The notes beneath the pieces are model-generated. The model worked only from the letters and a program-made list of their open reading frames with translations. It had not been told where the DNA came from and searched no databases. From assembly GCA_963667055.2 (NCBI GenBank), contig OY762956.1, positions 208,023-272,022 of the forward strand: a stretch of 64,000 bases of DNA, in the 5' to 3' direction. This document shows, in pieces, positions 25,079-33,786 of the stretch. The position numbers and the translations under genes are program-made. The stretch comes from Dehalococcoidia bacterium. GTDB taxonomy: Bacteria > Chloroflexota > Dehalococcoidia > Lucifugimonadales > QGNO01. Each line of letters begins with the position of its first letter. Within the stretch, counting starts at the first letter, position 1.

Positions 25079-25735
25079 CTATTTACACTTTCCTTTATAT
25101 TGACTCACTTCTACGACACAATCCATCTTTTTTCGGAAATTCTGCCGTAACTTTGCATTGTTCGTGTCTCTCAATTCGGTCAAATAGGATTCAAATTCAG
25201 ACTTCAAAGCTTTATGAAACTCTGTGCGGTTAATTATTCTTCTTTCAATATTCTTGGGATTTAATAGAGGGCCATTGGACCTAACTAGCCATCCGGAACG
25301 TGTTTCAGCTTGGTGAAGTATTCCACATCGAACATCTTTGTAGAATCTACAGGCTAATTTCTTATCTTTGAAATGTTTCTTAAATGATGGACGCCCCGTT
25401 AGAAAATCAATGAACATTCGCGGTTCCTTGTTCCTTGTGTTTGTCTCACCATCAATAAAAGCCTGTAGCGTTTCAATGAGAAGACAATCAATGGCAAGAA
25501 TGGTGAATCCAAACCTGGGAACCTTTTTGTTTACCCGCCTTTTATCTAGCTCAATAAGCTCATCAACAGGATCTAGATAACGGTCTCTAATCCTTGCATC
25601 AAGTATCTTAATGGCCTCACACCAGTCCGAACTATTTTCATTGTCTAGATCATCAAGATTTTTCCAGTCTTCATCCGTGTACCCGGGTGCTATAGAAATC
25701 GGCTCTTTCTTATAAGGCGATTTTTTATTACCCAT
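25079..25735 (-). CDS. hypothetical protein (orphan, AT-rich gene) with an R-x4-H motif
   Basis: 218-aa ORF in clearly AT-richer DNA than its flanks. It is Lys/Asp-rich and looks predominantly helical. 'VRCGILHQAE' fits the HEPN-type R-x4-H spacing. No family was recognised. Confidence 0.6.
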   Translation of the reverse strand: MGNKKSPYKKEPISIAPGYTDEDWKNLDDLDNENSSDWCEAIKILDARIRDRYLDPVDELIELDKRRVNKKVPRFGFTILAIDCLLIETLQAFIDGETNTRNKEPRMFIDFLTGRPSFKKHFKDKKLACRFYKDVRCGILHQAETRSGWLVRSNGPLLNPKNIERRIINRTEFHKALKSEFESYLTELRDTNNAKLRQNFRKKMDCVVEVSQYKGKCK

Positions 25736-25902
25736 TACATCACAATCTGCTAGCTAGACTTCTTGTATCCGTCAGATTATAGCCATAGGGAGATGATCAA
25801 GACAAGGTTGTGGGGGTTACGTGGTAACATAATTGAGATGGGGTTTAACATGAGGAACAAAAGGAGGAAACAACTATTCAGTATCCCTGCCGCTCCCTGC
25901 TA

Positions 25903-27357
25903 GTGGTTCTATTGCTTTGTGTCGTTTTGGTCCTGGGTTGTAGCGCAACGCCAACCATCAGCACTATTTCGACCCCGACGCCTACTCTTACCCTTATCCC
26001 GCCAGTTCCAACTATCACACCTGTTATTGCTATAGCGGAACCTCTTAATAGCAACCCTGTATTCCAAGCTTGGCTGAAAGTTCAGCCCGATTTAGCAGAG
26101 TTCGACTTAGAATCCGCCGAAGGACAAAAAACCTTTATAGACCGCTTTTTAGCTGGTTTGGTTCTAGGTACGCTTCAACTGCCAACCGAAATAAACCAGA
26201 AAGATGTAGAAAAACTTTGGAGTGACCTTATAGCGGAGCCTTCGTTCGCACTTTTTCTAAAGCAAAACCCAGTTCTCGCTGGCATAAGTTGGGGGGACAT
26301 AAACGATACTAATAACGCACTGTTAAACCACCTGAATGAGTTGAATGTTCCTCATGTGGTGATTGAGTTGCTTTTTAGTGGCACCCCGCCAAACTCTGTG
26401 GCGCCACATCCATCTCCTTCCCCTATGCCCACTCCTCCATCTATGCCACTCACTTTGACTCTTGACTGTGACAGCGACTATTTCAAAGGGGAAATCATAA
26501 AAACTTCCGAGAATGACGACGTCAGATTATTGAAGATATACGAAGGAGCAGAAGAACTAGACCGAACAAGAAACATCCTTCGATGCAAGAGCGAAGCAAG
26601 ACTAAATAGAGAAAGCGGAAATTGGTATGTGACTTACTTTTGGGAGATAGACCGAGACGGAGATCATTTTCTAGGATATCAGTTGGGAGGTCGAGTGGCC
26701 CCAACACCGACTCCGACTGCAACTTTTACTCCGACCGCAACATTTACACCCACACCGCTTATTCCTCCCACGAACACGCCCATACCATCTCCTACACCGA
26801 CGGGCATTGAGTTGGAACAGAGGGCCATAGCTCAGGGCTATGACTTGCGGCGTTTGACCGATGTGAGCGACTTGCTAACCCGTCACGAAGTTGACATTGA
26901 GGAATTCTCCTACGGCCCAGGCGTGAGCTACTTACTAAACCGTAGCGACATTGAGGTACGCTTTTTCCGAGAATACGTGCGAGCAAGAACTGCAAGAACT
27001 GGCGAGGAGATAATCGAGTACGTTTACACAAGCTTTGAGCTACACAAAAGCGAATCCGAGGCGACTTCCTTGATTCAACATTATAAGCAACACGAACCTA
27101 ACAATCTGTTTAGCCTCATTTTCAATGAAGCGACCGGCTTATTCTGGAGCAGTGAGGTGTTTGGGGACATTGAGAGACTGGAAGTTCCAGGTGAAAGCAT
27201 GATGGGCTTAGCCAACCGTGGTGATGGTAGTTTCCATCTTTATTTTCTCGCACATGGTCGCATGACGGGCTACATCTTAGTCATAAGTAATCTACCAGTG
27301 GAGAAAACCATGCCTTTCGCTACCGAGATATACGCACGAGCCACCGAGGTAAAGTGA
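25903..27357 (+). CDS. hypothetical modular lipoprotein with Pro/Thr linkers
   Basis: 484-aa ORF starting at a GTG, with the lipobox 'LVLGCS'. Three modules are separated by PT-rich linkers ('TPTPTATFTPTATFTPTP'). The DNA is AT-rich. A possible 5' extension lies in another frame from the ATG at 25850. Confidence 0.6.
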   Translation: MVLLLCVVLVLGCSATPTISTISTPTPTLTLIPPVPTITPVIAIAEPLNSNPVFQAWLKVQPDLAEFDLESAEGQKTFIDRFLAGLVLGTLQLPTEINQKDVEKLWSDLIAEPSFALFLKQNPVLAGISWGDINDTNNALLNHLNELNVPHVVIELLFSGTPPNSVAPHPSPSPMPTPPSMPLTLTLDCDSDYFKGEIIKTSENDDVRLLKIYEGAEELDRTRNILRCKSEARLNRESGNWYVTYFWEIDRDGDHFLGYQLGGRVAPTPTPTATFTPTATFTPTPLIPPTNTPIPSPTPTGIELEQRAIAQGYDLRRLTDVSDLLTRHEVDIEEFSYGPGVSYLLNRSDIEVRFFREYVRARTARTGEEIIEYVYTSFELHKSESEATSLIQHYKQHEPNNLFSLIFNEATGLFWSSEVFGDIERLEVPGESMMGLANRGDGSFHLYFLAHGRMTGYILVISNLPVEKTMPFATEIYARATEVK

Positions 27358-27477
27358 GGCATACAAAGGGTGGCTGTGGAGCGGGCCGCCTGCTTACTCC
27401 GCTAATCGGTGGCGGCCAGGCAGTGTTTGCAAGCTATAACCGGCAAGGCAATGATGCCCCCGAGAGCGGGCGATTCG

Positions 27478-28131
27478 TTATTTGATGGTGATGTCGCCGC
27501 TGGAGGTTCGGATTGTTAGCGAGCTGCTTCCGTCGCCGATGTTGCCGGTCAAACGATCATCGGCGGCGCGGCCGGTGATTGTGATTGGCGCTACGCTGCT
27601 GATTTCACCGCTGCTGGTTTCGGCGTCCAGCCATACTCCCGGAGTATTCACCAGGGTTACCTCCACGTCGCCGCTGGAAGTCCTCAGCCTGGCTTGAGAC
27701 CCTGGCTCCAGACTTCCGGCGATTGTGATGTCGCCATTGGAAGTCGTAGCGCTCACGCTGCCGTCTATATCGCCCAGGGTTATTCCGCCATTTTCGGATT
27801 CCAACTCCAGTAGGGCTTTTTTCGGTATAGCCACTTCTATATCGACTCCGGCATCGGCGCCGGAAGCGTTGGCTAAGACAGACACCGTATCGCCAATCTG
27901 GCTGGTCTGGTATTCCGTCTTGTCCGTGTCTCTTATGGTTGCGGTTACTTTAACTTCTCCCGCGCCGCCTGAGTAGCGCACCGTAATGTCGCCGTTCTCG
28001 GTCTCTACTATTAACCGGGGAGAGCCGCTCACTTGGAAAGCATTCTCCTGCACTACAATCTCCGGTTCCGATGTTGAACAGCCAAGCATGACCAGTGGCA
28101 ACGCCAGAACAAGCGCGAATACCACTTTCAT
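27478..28131 (-). CDS. DUF4097-like beta-repeat lipoprotein (putative adhesin fold)
   Basis: The ATG at 28131 gives 'MKVVFALVLALPLVMLGCS' (lipobox). Repeated 'GDITV/ GGITL / GDITI / GDVEV' beta-strand motifs are typical of DUF4097. Confidence 0.65.
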   Translation of the reverse strand: MKVVFALVLALPLVMLGCSTSEPEIVVQENAFQVSGSPRLIVETENGDITVRYSGGAGEVKVTATIRDTDKTEYQTSQIGDTVSVLANASGADAGVDIEVAIPKKALLELESENGGITLGDIDGSVSATTSNGDITIAGSLEPGSQARLRTSSGDVEVTLVNTPGVWLDAETSSGEISSVAPITITGRAADDRLTGNIGDGSSSLTIRTSSGDITIK

Positions 28132-28231
28132 GCAAGTCTCCTTCGGCAAGCTCCTCTTGAGCCTGTTGCCAATACGCGAAATCCTTGTTCCTTGCAGGAC
28201 GGCATCCCAGCAAACTCGCTAACCTGAACCT

Positions 28232-28585
28232 CTATACCTGGTGGACAGGAAGAAGACGGTGCACGAAATTATGCACTCGACCCTTGTCAGACTCGATTTG
28301 GTAATCTTCCATGAAGCCATTGTAGAAATTGGCGTGGAATTTCTCTGCAATAGCAAAGCCGTCGTAGACATCCTCACCCATGTCAGCGGATAGTCTATAG
28401 ACCGCTTCCTTGAGGTCTCGATGTGTCTTGCTTCGCCGCCCCTCGGTTGTCAGGATCGACAGCACGGCCTGAGTAGCGGCGCCCCAAAGTTTCTCGGAAG
28501 CTTGTAGTTTGTCCCCAGCCGCCAGCTCGTTCTCCGCTTGTTCCAAGAACTCATAAGCCTGCCTTGCATGTTCATTAGGCGTCAT
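28232..28585 (-). CDS. PaREP1-like (HEPN-superfamily) small helical protein, paralog 1
   Basis: The ATG at 28585 is preceded by GGAGG. 'AYEFLEQAENELAAGDKLQASEKLWGAATQAV...THRDLKEAV...KFHANFY' resembles the archaeal PaREP1/PaREP8 family as I recall it. A clear paralog lies at 36501..36902. Confidence 0.5.
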   Translation of the reverse strand: MTPNEHARQAYEFLEQAENELAAGDKLQASEKLWGAATQAVLSILTTEGRRSKTHRDLKEAVYRLSADMGEDVYDGFAIAEKFHANFYNGFMEDYQIESDKGRVHNFVHRLLPVHQV

Positions 28586-28721
28586 GCTGACCTCCACCTA
28601 CGGTTCATTTCCATTTTCCTGACTAGAGTCTACCACATGGGACGTGCGGCGGACAGTTGTTAGCGCCCTATCAAAAGTATGGGGCAGGCAGGCAGGCACA
28701 ACGAACTGGTGTCCCGCCCCT

Positions 28722-28758
28722 GGGTTCCCGACTCCTCGGGAACGACGGAGGTGGGTGG
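28722..28758. repeat. REP-like hairpin element (family B)
   Basis: 'gggttcccgactcctcgggaacgacggaggtgggtgg': a gttcccga/tcgggaac hairpin with an 'cgacgg..gggtgg' tail. Confidence 0.55.
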
Positions 28759-28778
28759 AATGGGCGAGGCAGAGTTGC

Positions 28779-29564
28779 CTAGCCGCCGGTGCGGCCTCCG
28801 TCTACCCTGAACGTGGCTCCGCAGACCCACTCGCTGGCGTCGGAAGCGAGGAATATGGCCGCGCCAACGTGGTCCTCAGGCACGCCGAGCCGTCCGATGG
28901 CGATGCGCTGCGTAAGGCGCTTCACGTTCTCCTGGTCCTGGTACCTGTCCTCCTGAGGCCGCGTCACCGCCAGCGGCCATATCTCGTTGACGCGGACGCC
29001 TTGCGGCCCCCACTCGGCGGCAAGGCTCTTGGTGAAGTTGGTGATGCCCGCCTTGCTGATGCCGTACGGCGTGCGCCGGGGCGACGGCTCGTATCCGCTC
29101 ACCGAGCTCACGTTTATGATGCTGCCCTTGCCCTGCTCCAGCATGGTGGGCCCCACGGCCTTGCACATGAAGAAGCACGACTTCACGTTGTTCCTTATTA
29201 CTTCGTCCAGCACGTCCTCGGTCAACTCCTCCACGGGCTTTTCGTAGTACAGCCCATCCGAGGTGCGCATCCCGCCCGCTCCGTTGAACAGAATGTCTAC
29301 GCGGCCAAACTTGTCCAGCACCCTGCCCACAAAGCCGGCAGCCTTGTCTTCATAGCCGATGTGCGCCGTATCGAACAGCGACTCACGGCCCAGGTCTTCG
29401 ATGGCGGCGCTGGTGGCTTCGGCCCTCTCCGGCACCTTGTCGACTACCGCCACGTGCGCCCCGGCCTGCGCGAAGCCCAAAGCGACCGCTTTGGAGATTC
29501 CGTGGCCGCCTCCGGTCACTATAGCCACTCTATCCGTCAGATCAAACATTGAAAGGTCTGCCAT
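28779..29564 (-). CDS. short-chain dehydrogenase/reductase (SDR)
   Basis: 261-aa ORF with 'VAIVTGGGHGISKAVA', 'NGAG' and 'TPYGISKAG' (YxxxK). Confidence 0.9.
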   Translation of the reverse strand: MADLSMFDLTDRVAIVTGGGHGISKAVALGFAQAGAHVAVVDKVPERAEATSAAIEDLGRESLFDTAHIGYEDKAAGFVGRVLDKFGRVDILFNGAGGMRTSDGLYYEKPVEELTEDVLDEVIRNNVKSCFFMCKAVGPTMLEQGKGSIINVSSVSGYEPSPRRTPYGISKAGITNFTKSLAAEWGPQGVRVNEIWPLAVTRPQEDRYQDQENVKRLTQRIAIGRLGVPEDHVGAAIFLASDASEWVCGATFRVDGGRTGG

Positions 29565-29606
29565 GTATTCCTCCTTTAGTACTCACGCCGTAGTTGTGGC
29601 TTCAAC

Positions 29607-30641
29607 TTACGGCCTGCATGCCTCCATAGTTGCCGTTACCGATTCCACTCCGGGGCGCGCCGCGACCACCCGCGCCACTGCTGTATCCAATCCCCGCGAC
29701 AGGTCTCGGAAGGCTTGGGCCGCGCCGGATGGCTTGCCAAAGTAGCCCACGCGCAGCGCCATCTCCGGCGGTACGGCGTCGATGATCCTGTCCTCAGGCT
29801 CTCCCTTGCTCCTCATTTCATCCAACTCAGAAAGCAGATCGGCGAAGCCCATTCTATCGAAATGCGCCCGATATCCCAAACCGCGCGGCCTCTGAGTTCC
29901 GCGCTGTCCCAGCGCATAGCCAAGCATAGCGGCCACAAAGGCGCGCCTTGCCAGGTCTTCGTCCTCGTCTACGCATATCCTGATGTACTCGACGACCTTC
30001 ACGGAACCCGGTTCGCGGCCCGCTTTCGCTTCGCCCTCCGCGACCCTTTCTCTGCTCCACGCGATCTGCTCCGGCGTGCACCAGTTCAACGCCGCGCCGT
30101 CGGCAAGCCGTCCCGCCAGCCGCAGCATCTGAGGCCCAAGAGCGCCGAGGTATACGGGCGTACGCGGCGGGGAGTCGAAGGCAAGCTGAACGCCGCTCAG
30201 GTTTACAGCCCTGCCATCGTAGGTGACCACCTTACCCGTCAGCAGCCCTCTGATGGTCGTCAGGTATTCCCTCATCAGCCGCACCGGCGGGACTTCCGGC
30301 GCTCCAAAAGCGCGGCGGGTCTCCTCCTGGTACAGCCCTCCCACGCCTATTCCTAGTATGAACCGCCCTCCCGTAATCCGGCTCAGCGTTCCCGCACTCA
30401 TCGCCAGCGCCACCGGCCCGCGCAGAGACACCGGCGACACGGAAATGCCGGTGGTCAGCCCGCCGTCCACGACAGCGGCGGTAGCCGCCCATCGCAGCTG
30501 GCAGAGGTGGAAGGAATCCAGGCCGGGCCCCTCCGGCGTCCATATGCTGGAATAGCCCAAACGCGCCGCTTCCCTGGACACCTGCCCCTGGTCTTTCAGC
30601 GACAGACCCAGAGAACCGTCTATGCCAACTCCTACGTCCAT
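29607..30641 (-). CDS. luciferase-like monooxygenase (LLM) class oxidoreductase, possibly F420/FMN-dependent
   Basis: The ATG at 30641 is preceded by GGAG. 'MDVGVGIDGS...GYSSIWTPEG', a 'GGRFILGIGVG' LLM signature and 'YLGALGPQMLRLAGRLADG'. Confidence 0.8.
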   Translation of the reverse strand: MDVGVGIDGSLGLSLKDQGQVSREAARLGYSSIWTPEGPGLDSFHLCQLRWAATAAVVDGGLTTGISVSPVSLRGPVALAMSAGTLSRITGGRFILGIGVGGLYQEETRRAFGAPEVPPVRLMREYLTTIRGLLTGKVVTYDGRAVNLSGVQLAFDSPPRTPVYLGALGPQMLRLAGRLADGAALNWCTPEQIAWSRERVAEGEAKAGREPGSVKVVEYIRICVDEDEDLARRAFVAAMLGYALGQRGTQRPRGLGYRAHFDRMGFADLLSELDEMRSKGEPEDRIIDAVPPEMALRVGYFGKPSGAAQAFRDLSRGLDTAVARVVAARPGVESVTATMEACRP

Positions 30642-30797
30642 ACCGTCTCCTTGCAACAACGCGGTCAGACTATAGCAAGTCGGGCAATGGGGCAATGCAT
30701 GCAAACGGGCAAGGGGAGCGGACGCTGTGCCTGTGTAACCGTAGTCCGTGGGGTTGCTATAGAGCGGTTTGCGAAATCGTTCGCTGAGGAGGAGGCG

Positions 30798-31055
30798 CTA
30801 GTCCAAGAGCAGGTGTCCCTTGATCATCTTTACGTCCTCTTGCAGGTCGCCTATGTGGCCGCGCAACTCGTCGCGCAGGTCTTTGAGGTCGTCCTTGGTG
30901 GCCATGGTGGCTTCCATCCTGTCCATCCTGGCTTCCAGGCCGTCCATTCTGGCTTCCAAGCCCCTGATGTCGTCCTTGGTCGCCAGCGTTCCCAAGACTT
31001 CCAATATGAAGCCCCACTTGCTTTCCAGGTCGCTCACTCGCTGCTCTAATGCCAA
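30798..31055 (-). CDS. small coiled-coil protein (DUF1640-like heptad pattern)
   Basis: 85-aa ORF with a TTG start at 31055 preceded by AGAGG. It has repeated 'TKDD(I/L)..LEARMD' heptads. Confidence 0.45.
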   Translation of the reverse strand: MALEQRVSDLESKWGFILEVLGTLATKDDIRGLEARMDGLEARMDRMEATMATKDDLKDLRDELRGHIGDLQEDVKMIKGHLLLD

Positions 31056-31202
31056 AGTTCGCCTCTTGATGAGTTTACAAACCGCAATATAGCGTAAATG
31101 GGGCGCCCGGTGCTACGTTCTGTCCGGCCTACTTTGCGGCTCACGCACCTGGCGCGAAGAGCACGAGGCCCGCAGGATGGCGATGTCTGAACCAGCCCGT
31201 GT

Positions 31203-32486
31203 CTACTCCAAGGCGTAAGCCTGGTCCAAAAGGTCTATTACGTGATTCACCCTAACCGGGCTCCCCGCCTCCCTGAGTCCCGCCTCCATTTGAATTGCGC
31301 AACCGGGGTTGGCCGTGGCCATCACCTCAGAACCCGTGGCCAGCACGGACGACACCTTGTTCCGCTGAAGCTGCCGCGACATCTCCGGCTGCAACGTGCT
31401 GTACAGACCGGCGGCTCCACAACAGCGGCTGGAAGCTTCCATCTCCACCAGTTGCAGCCCTGGTATCGACCGGAGCAGGCGGCGAGGCGCCTCCGTTATC
31501 CGCTGAGCATGAGCCAGATGGCAGGCATCCTGGTACGTTACCCGAACCGGCAGCTTCCCCTTGGGGGGATCCCAGGGCAAGCCGACCAGGAACTCGGAGA
31601 TATCCTTAACTTTGGCGCTGAGGGCTTGCGCCTTCTCGGCATATTCAGAGTCGTCGCGCAAGAGGTCGTCGTACTCCTTCATCGTGGAGCCGCACCCCGC
31701 CGACGCCACGACCACGGCGTCCACGTCCGATTTCAAGAAAACATCGATGTTGCGCCGCGCCATGCTCTGCGCCTGCCGCCTGTCTCCGCCGTGCAGGTTC
31801 AAAGCGCCGCAGCAGACCTGTTCTTGGGGCGCCGATACCTCGCAGCCGTTCCTGGCAAGCACGCGCATGGCGGCTTCCATGGTAGGGCCATGGGTCAACG
31901 GCATAACGCAACCGGAGAGCAGTACGACCCTGGCCCTGGCTTTGGCGCCGGGGGCAGCAACGGCTCCCCTCGGCTTGAAAGACCTGCCGGGCAGGTTTGG
32001 CAGCTGCCTGTGAAACCTGCCAGCCACTCCGGGAACCCGTCTGAGCAGCCGGGGCAGGCCGGTGCGCTGGTATAGCCGCAGCGCCGCGCCCAAAGCATAC
32101 AAGCGTACGGGGTACGACAGAAGGTGATGAAAGGCAAGGTTCAAAGCGAATCTCTTCCATCGCGGCGTTTTCTTTTGTACGGATATCTGTTCCCGTGTCG
32201 CCTCCATTAGCCTGCCGAAAGGGACGCCGGAAGGACAGGCCACTTCGCAGGCGCGGCATTGCAAGCACAAGTCCATGTGCGACGTTACCTGCTTGGTATA
32301 GGAGACGCGGTCTTCGCGCACCGCCTTCATCAGTGCAATACGCCCCCGCGGCGATTCGGTTTCAAGGCCGGTCTCCAAGTACGTGGGGCAAGCGTTGAGG
32401 CAGAGGCCGCAATGCACGCACTTATACAGGTCTTCGTCACGGGGTCCGGCAAAGACCGGACTGGCTGGGGCCTGTTGCCGCGCCAC
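31203..32486 (-). CDS. glcF: glycolate oxidase iron-sulfur subunit
   Basis: Two 4Fe-4S motifs ('CVHCGLCLNACPTY', 'CLQCRACEVACPSGV') plus two CCG-type Cys-rich domains. It lies immediately downstream of glcD/glcE-like genes. Confidence 0.85.
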   Translation of the reverse strand: MARQQAPASPVFAGPRDEDLYKCVHCGLCLNACPTYLETGLETESPRGRIALMKAVREDRVSYTKQVTSHMDLCLQCRACEVACPSGVPFGRLMEATREQISVQKKTPRWKRFALNLAFHHLLSYPVRLYALGAALRLYQRTGLPRLLRRVPGVAGRFHRQLPNLPGRSFKPRGAVAAPGAKARARVVLLSGCVMPLTHGPTMEAAMRVLARNGCEVSAPQEQVCCGALNLHGGDRRQAQSMARRNIDVFLKSDVDAVVVASAGCGSTMKEYDDLLRDDSEYAEKAQALSAKVKDISEFLVGLPWDPPKGKLPVRVTYQDACHLAHAQRITEAPRRLLRSIPGLQLVEMEASSRCCGAAGLYSTLQPEMSRQLQRNKVSSVLATGSEVMATANPGCAIQMEAGLREAGSPVRVNHVIDLLDQAYALE

Positions 32487-32487
32487 T

Positions 32488-33786
32488 TCAGATGCCTCCC
32501 ACGTATCTGCCGGGGTTGAGAATACGGTTGGGATCCATTCTGTCCTTCAATCGCCGCATCAGATGCAAGGCCGGGCCGGGGTCGCCCCACACGTCCAACT
32601 CAGCCTTTGCCCCCAGAGGCGCTTGCTCCACCAGAGCGTAGCCGTCCTCGGACGCCGCGATGCTCCTAAGGTCGGACACGGCGGCGCTCATCCGGTCGGG
32701 CGGTGCCTGTATCTTGCACCTGACGACGCCCCGCGCCGGCCCGGCGGCCATTTCCCAACTGTAGCCGTTCTGCGCGCAATACTCGGATACTGCGCCGATT
32801 ACGGAGTTCGTCTTAGACGGAAGACACCCCAGCCTGAGCGCTGCCTCCTCCTCCGCGCTGCCGTTCCACCCGAAATCCGCAACGGCGTTCCAGCGCGCTC
32901 TTGCCTCATCTTGGGCAAGGGTATCGACGTTCTCCGCGCCCGCTTGTTCCAGCAAGGACTTCCCCTTCTCCAGTCGAACTTCCACGGATGAGACCGAGCC
33001 TAAGAAACGGGCGTATACCCGGTTCCGTCCCTCGCTTCCACTGATCAGCTCTATGGCCTCACCGGTATATTGAGAATCAGCGATCTGGCGGCAGACGTCT
33101 ACCGCCTTATCCGAATCGTCGAACTCAGCGGCCAGGGTCATATCCTCTTTGGGCAATGGAATCACCTTGAACGTGGCCTGCAAGATTATGCCCAGCGTCC
33201 CCAGCGCGCCTATGTGCAGTTTGGGCAAATCGAACCCGGTGACGTTCTTGACCACGTTTCCCCCGCTCTTGGTGACGACCCCACCTGCGCTGGCGACCCG
33301 CACTCCCAGCACGAAGTCGCGGGCCGCGCCGTGGGAAAGGCTGAGCGGCCCGGCCAAGTTCGCGGCAAGTATGCCGCCCACTGTCCTCCTGCCGGCCAGC
33401 GGCGGATCCAGCGGCAGCCACTGGCCCGCTTCCGCGAGCCGCTCCTGCAACAGTCCGAACTTAGTCCCCGCGCCGGCGCTCACCGTCAAATCGCCTGGGT
33501 TATGGTCGATGAGGTGCGGCAGCATTCCGGTGCCAACCACGACATCCAATCTCTCCGGCAGGTTCCCCAACCTATCGCCGTTTCCCGACCCCTTGGGCGC
33601 TACAGCCCAGCGTTCTTCGTTTGCCTCTTTGAGCAAGGCCGATAGCTCCTCCTCGGAAGCGGGAAAGACGGCTGCTTTGGGAACGAGGCCGTCCACCGCG
33701 TGACGGGACAGGTCGGAGTCGTGAACAAGGGAAGTCCCGTTCATGACGTGGCCGAGCATTTCCCGCATTTGGGCAGAAGACGGCAT
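32488..33786 (-). CDS. glcE: glycolate oxidase FAD-binding subunit
   Basis: The start ATG at 33786 overlaps the glcD stop (TGATG). It has a PCMH-type FAD-binding domain ('AVAPKGSGNGDRLGN', 'VTKSGGNVVKNVTGFDL'). The Arg-rich upstream extension of the raw ORF was discarded. Confidence 0.8.
   Translation of the reverse strand: MPSSAQMREMLGHVMNGTSLVHDSDLSRHAVDGLVPKAAVFPASEEELSALLKEANEERWAVAPKGSGNGDRLGNLPERLDVVVGTGMLPHLIDHNPGDLTVSAGAGTKFGLLQERLAEAGQWLPLDPPLAGRRTVGGILAANLAGPLSLSHGAARDFVLGVRVASAGGVVTKSGGNVVKNVTGFDLPKLHIGALGTLGIILQATFKVIPLPKEDMTLAAEFDDSDKAVDVCRQIADSQYTGEAIELISGSEGRNRVYARFLGSVSSVEVRLEKGKSLLEQAGAENVDTLAQDEARARWNAVADFGWNGSAEEEAALRLGCLPSKTNSVIGAVSEYCAQNGYSWEMAAGPARGVVRCKIQAPPDRMSAAVSDLRSIAASEDGYALVEQAPLGAKAELDVWGDPGPALHLMRRLKDRMDPNRILNPGRYVGGI

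Noticed and set aside
25050-28650. Prophage or integrative-element interpretation of the AT-rich island
   Set aside because: There are no integrase, recombinase, tRNA attachment site, phage structural genes or flanking direct repeats. I therefore report it only as a compositionally atypical island.
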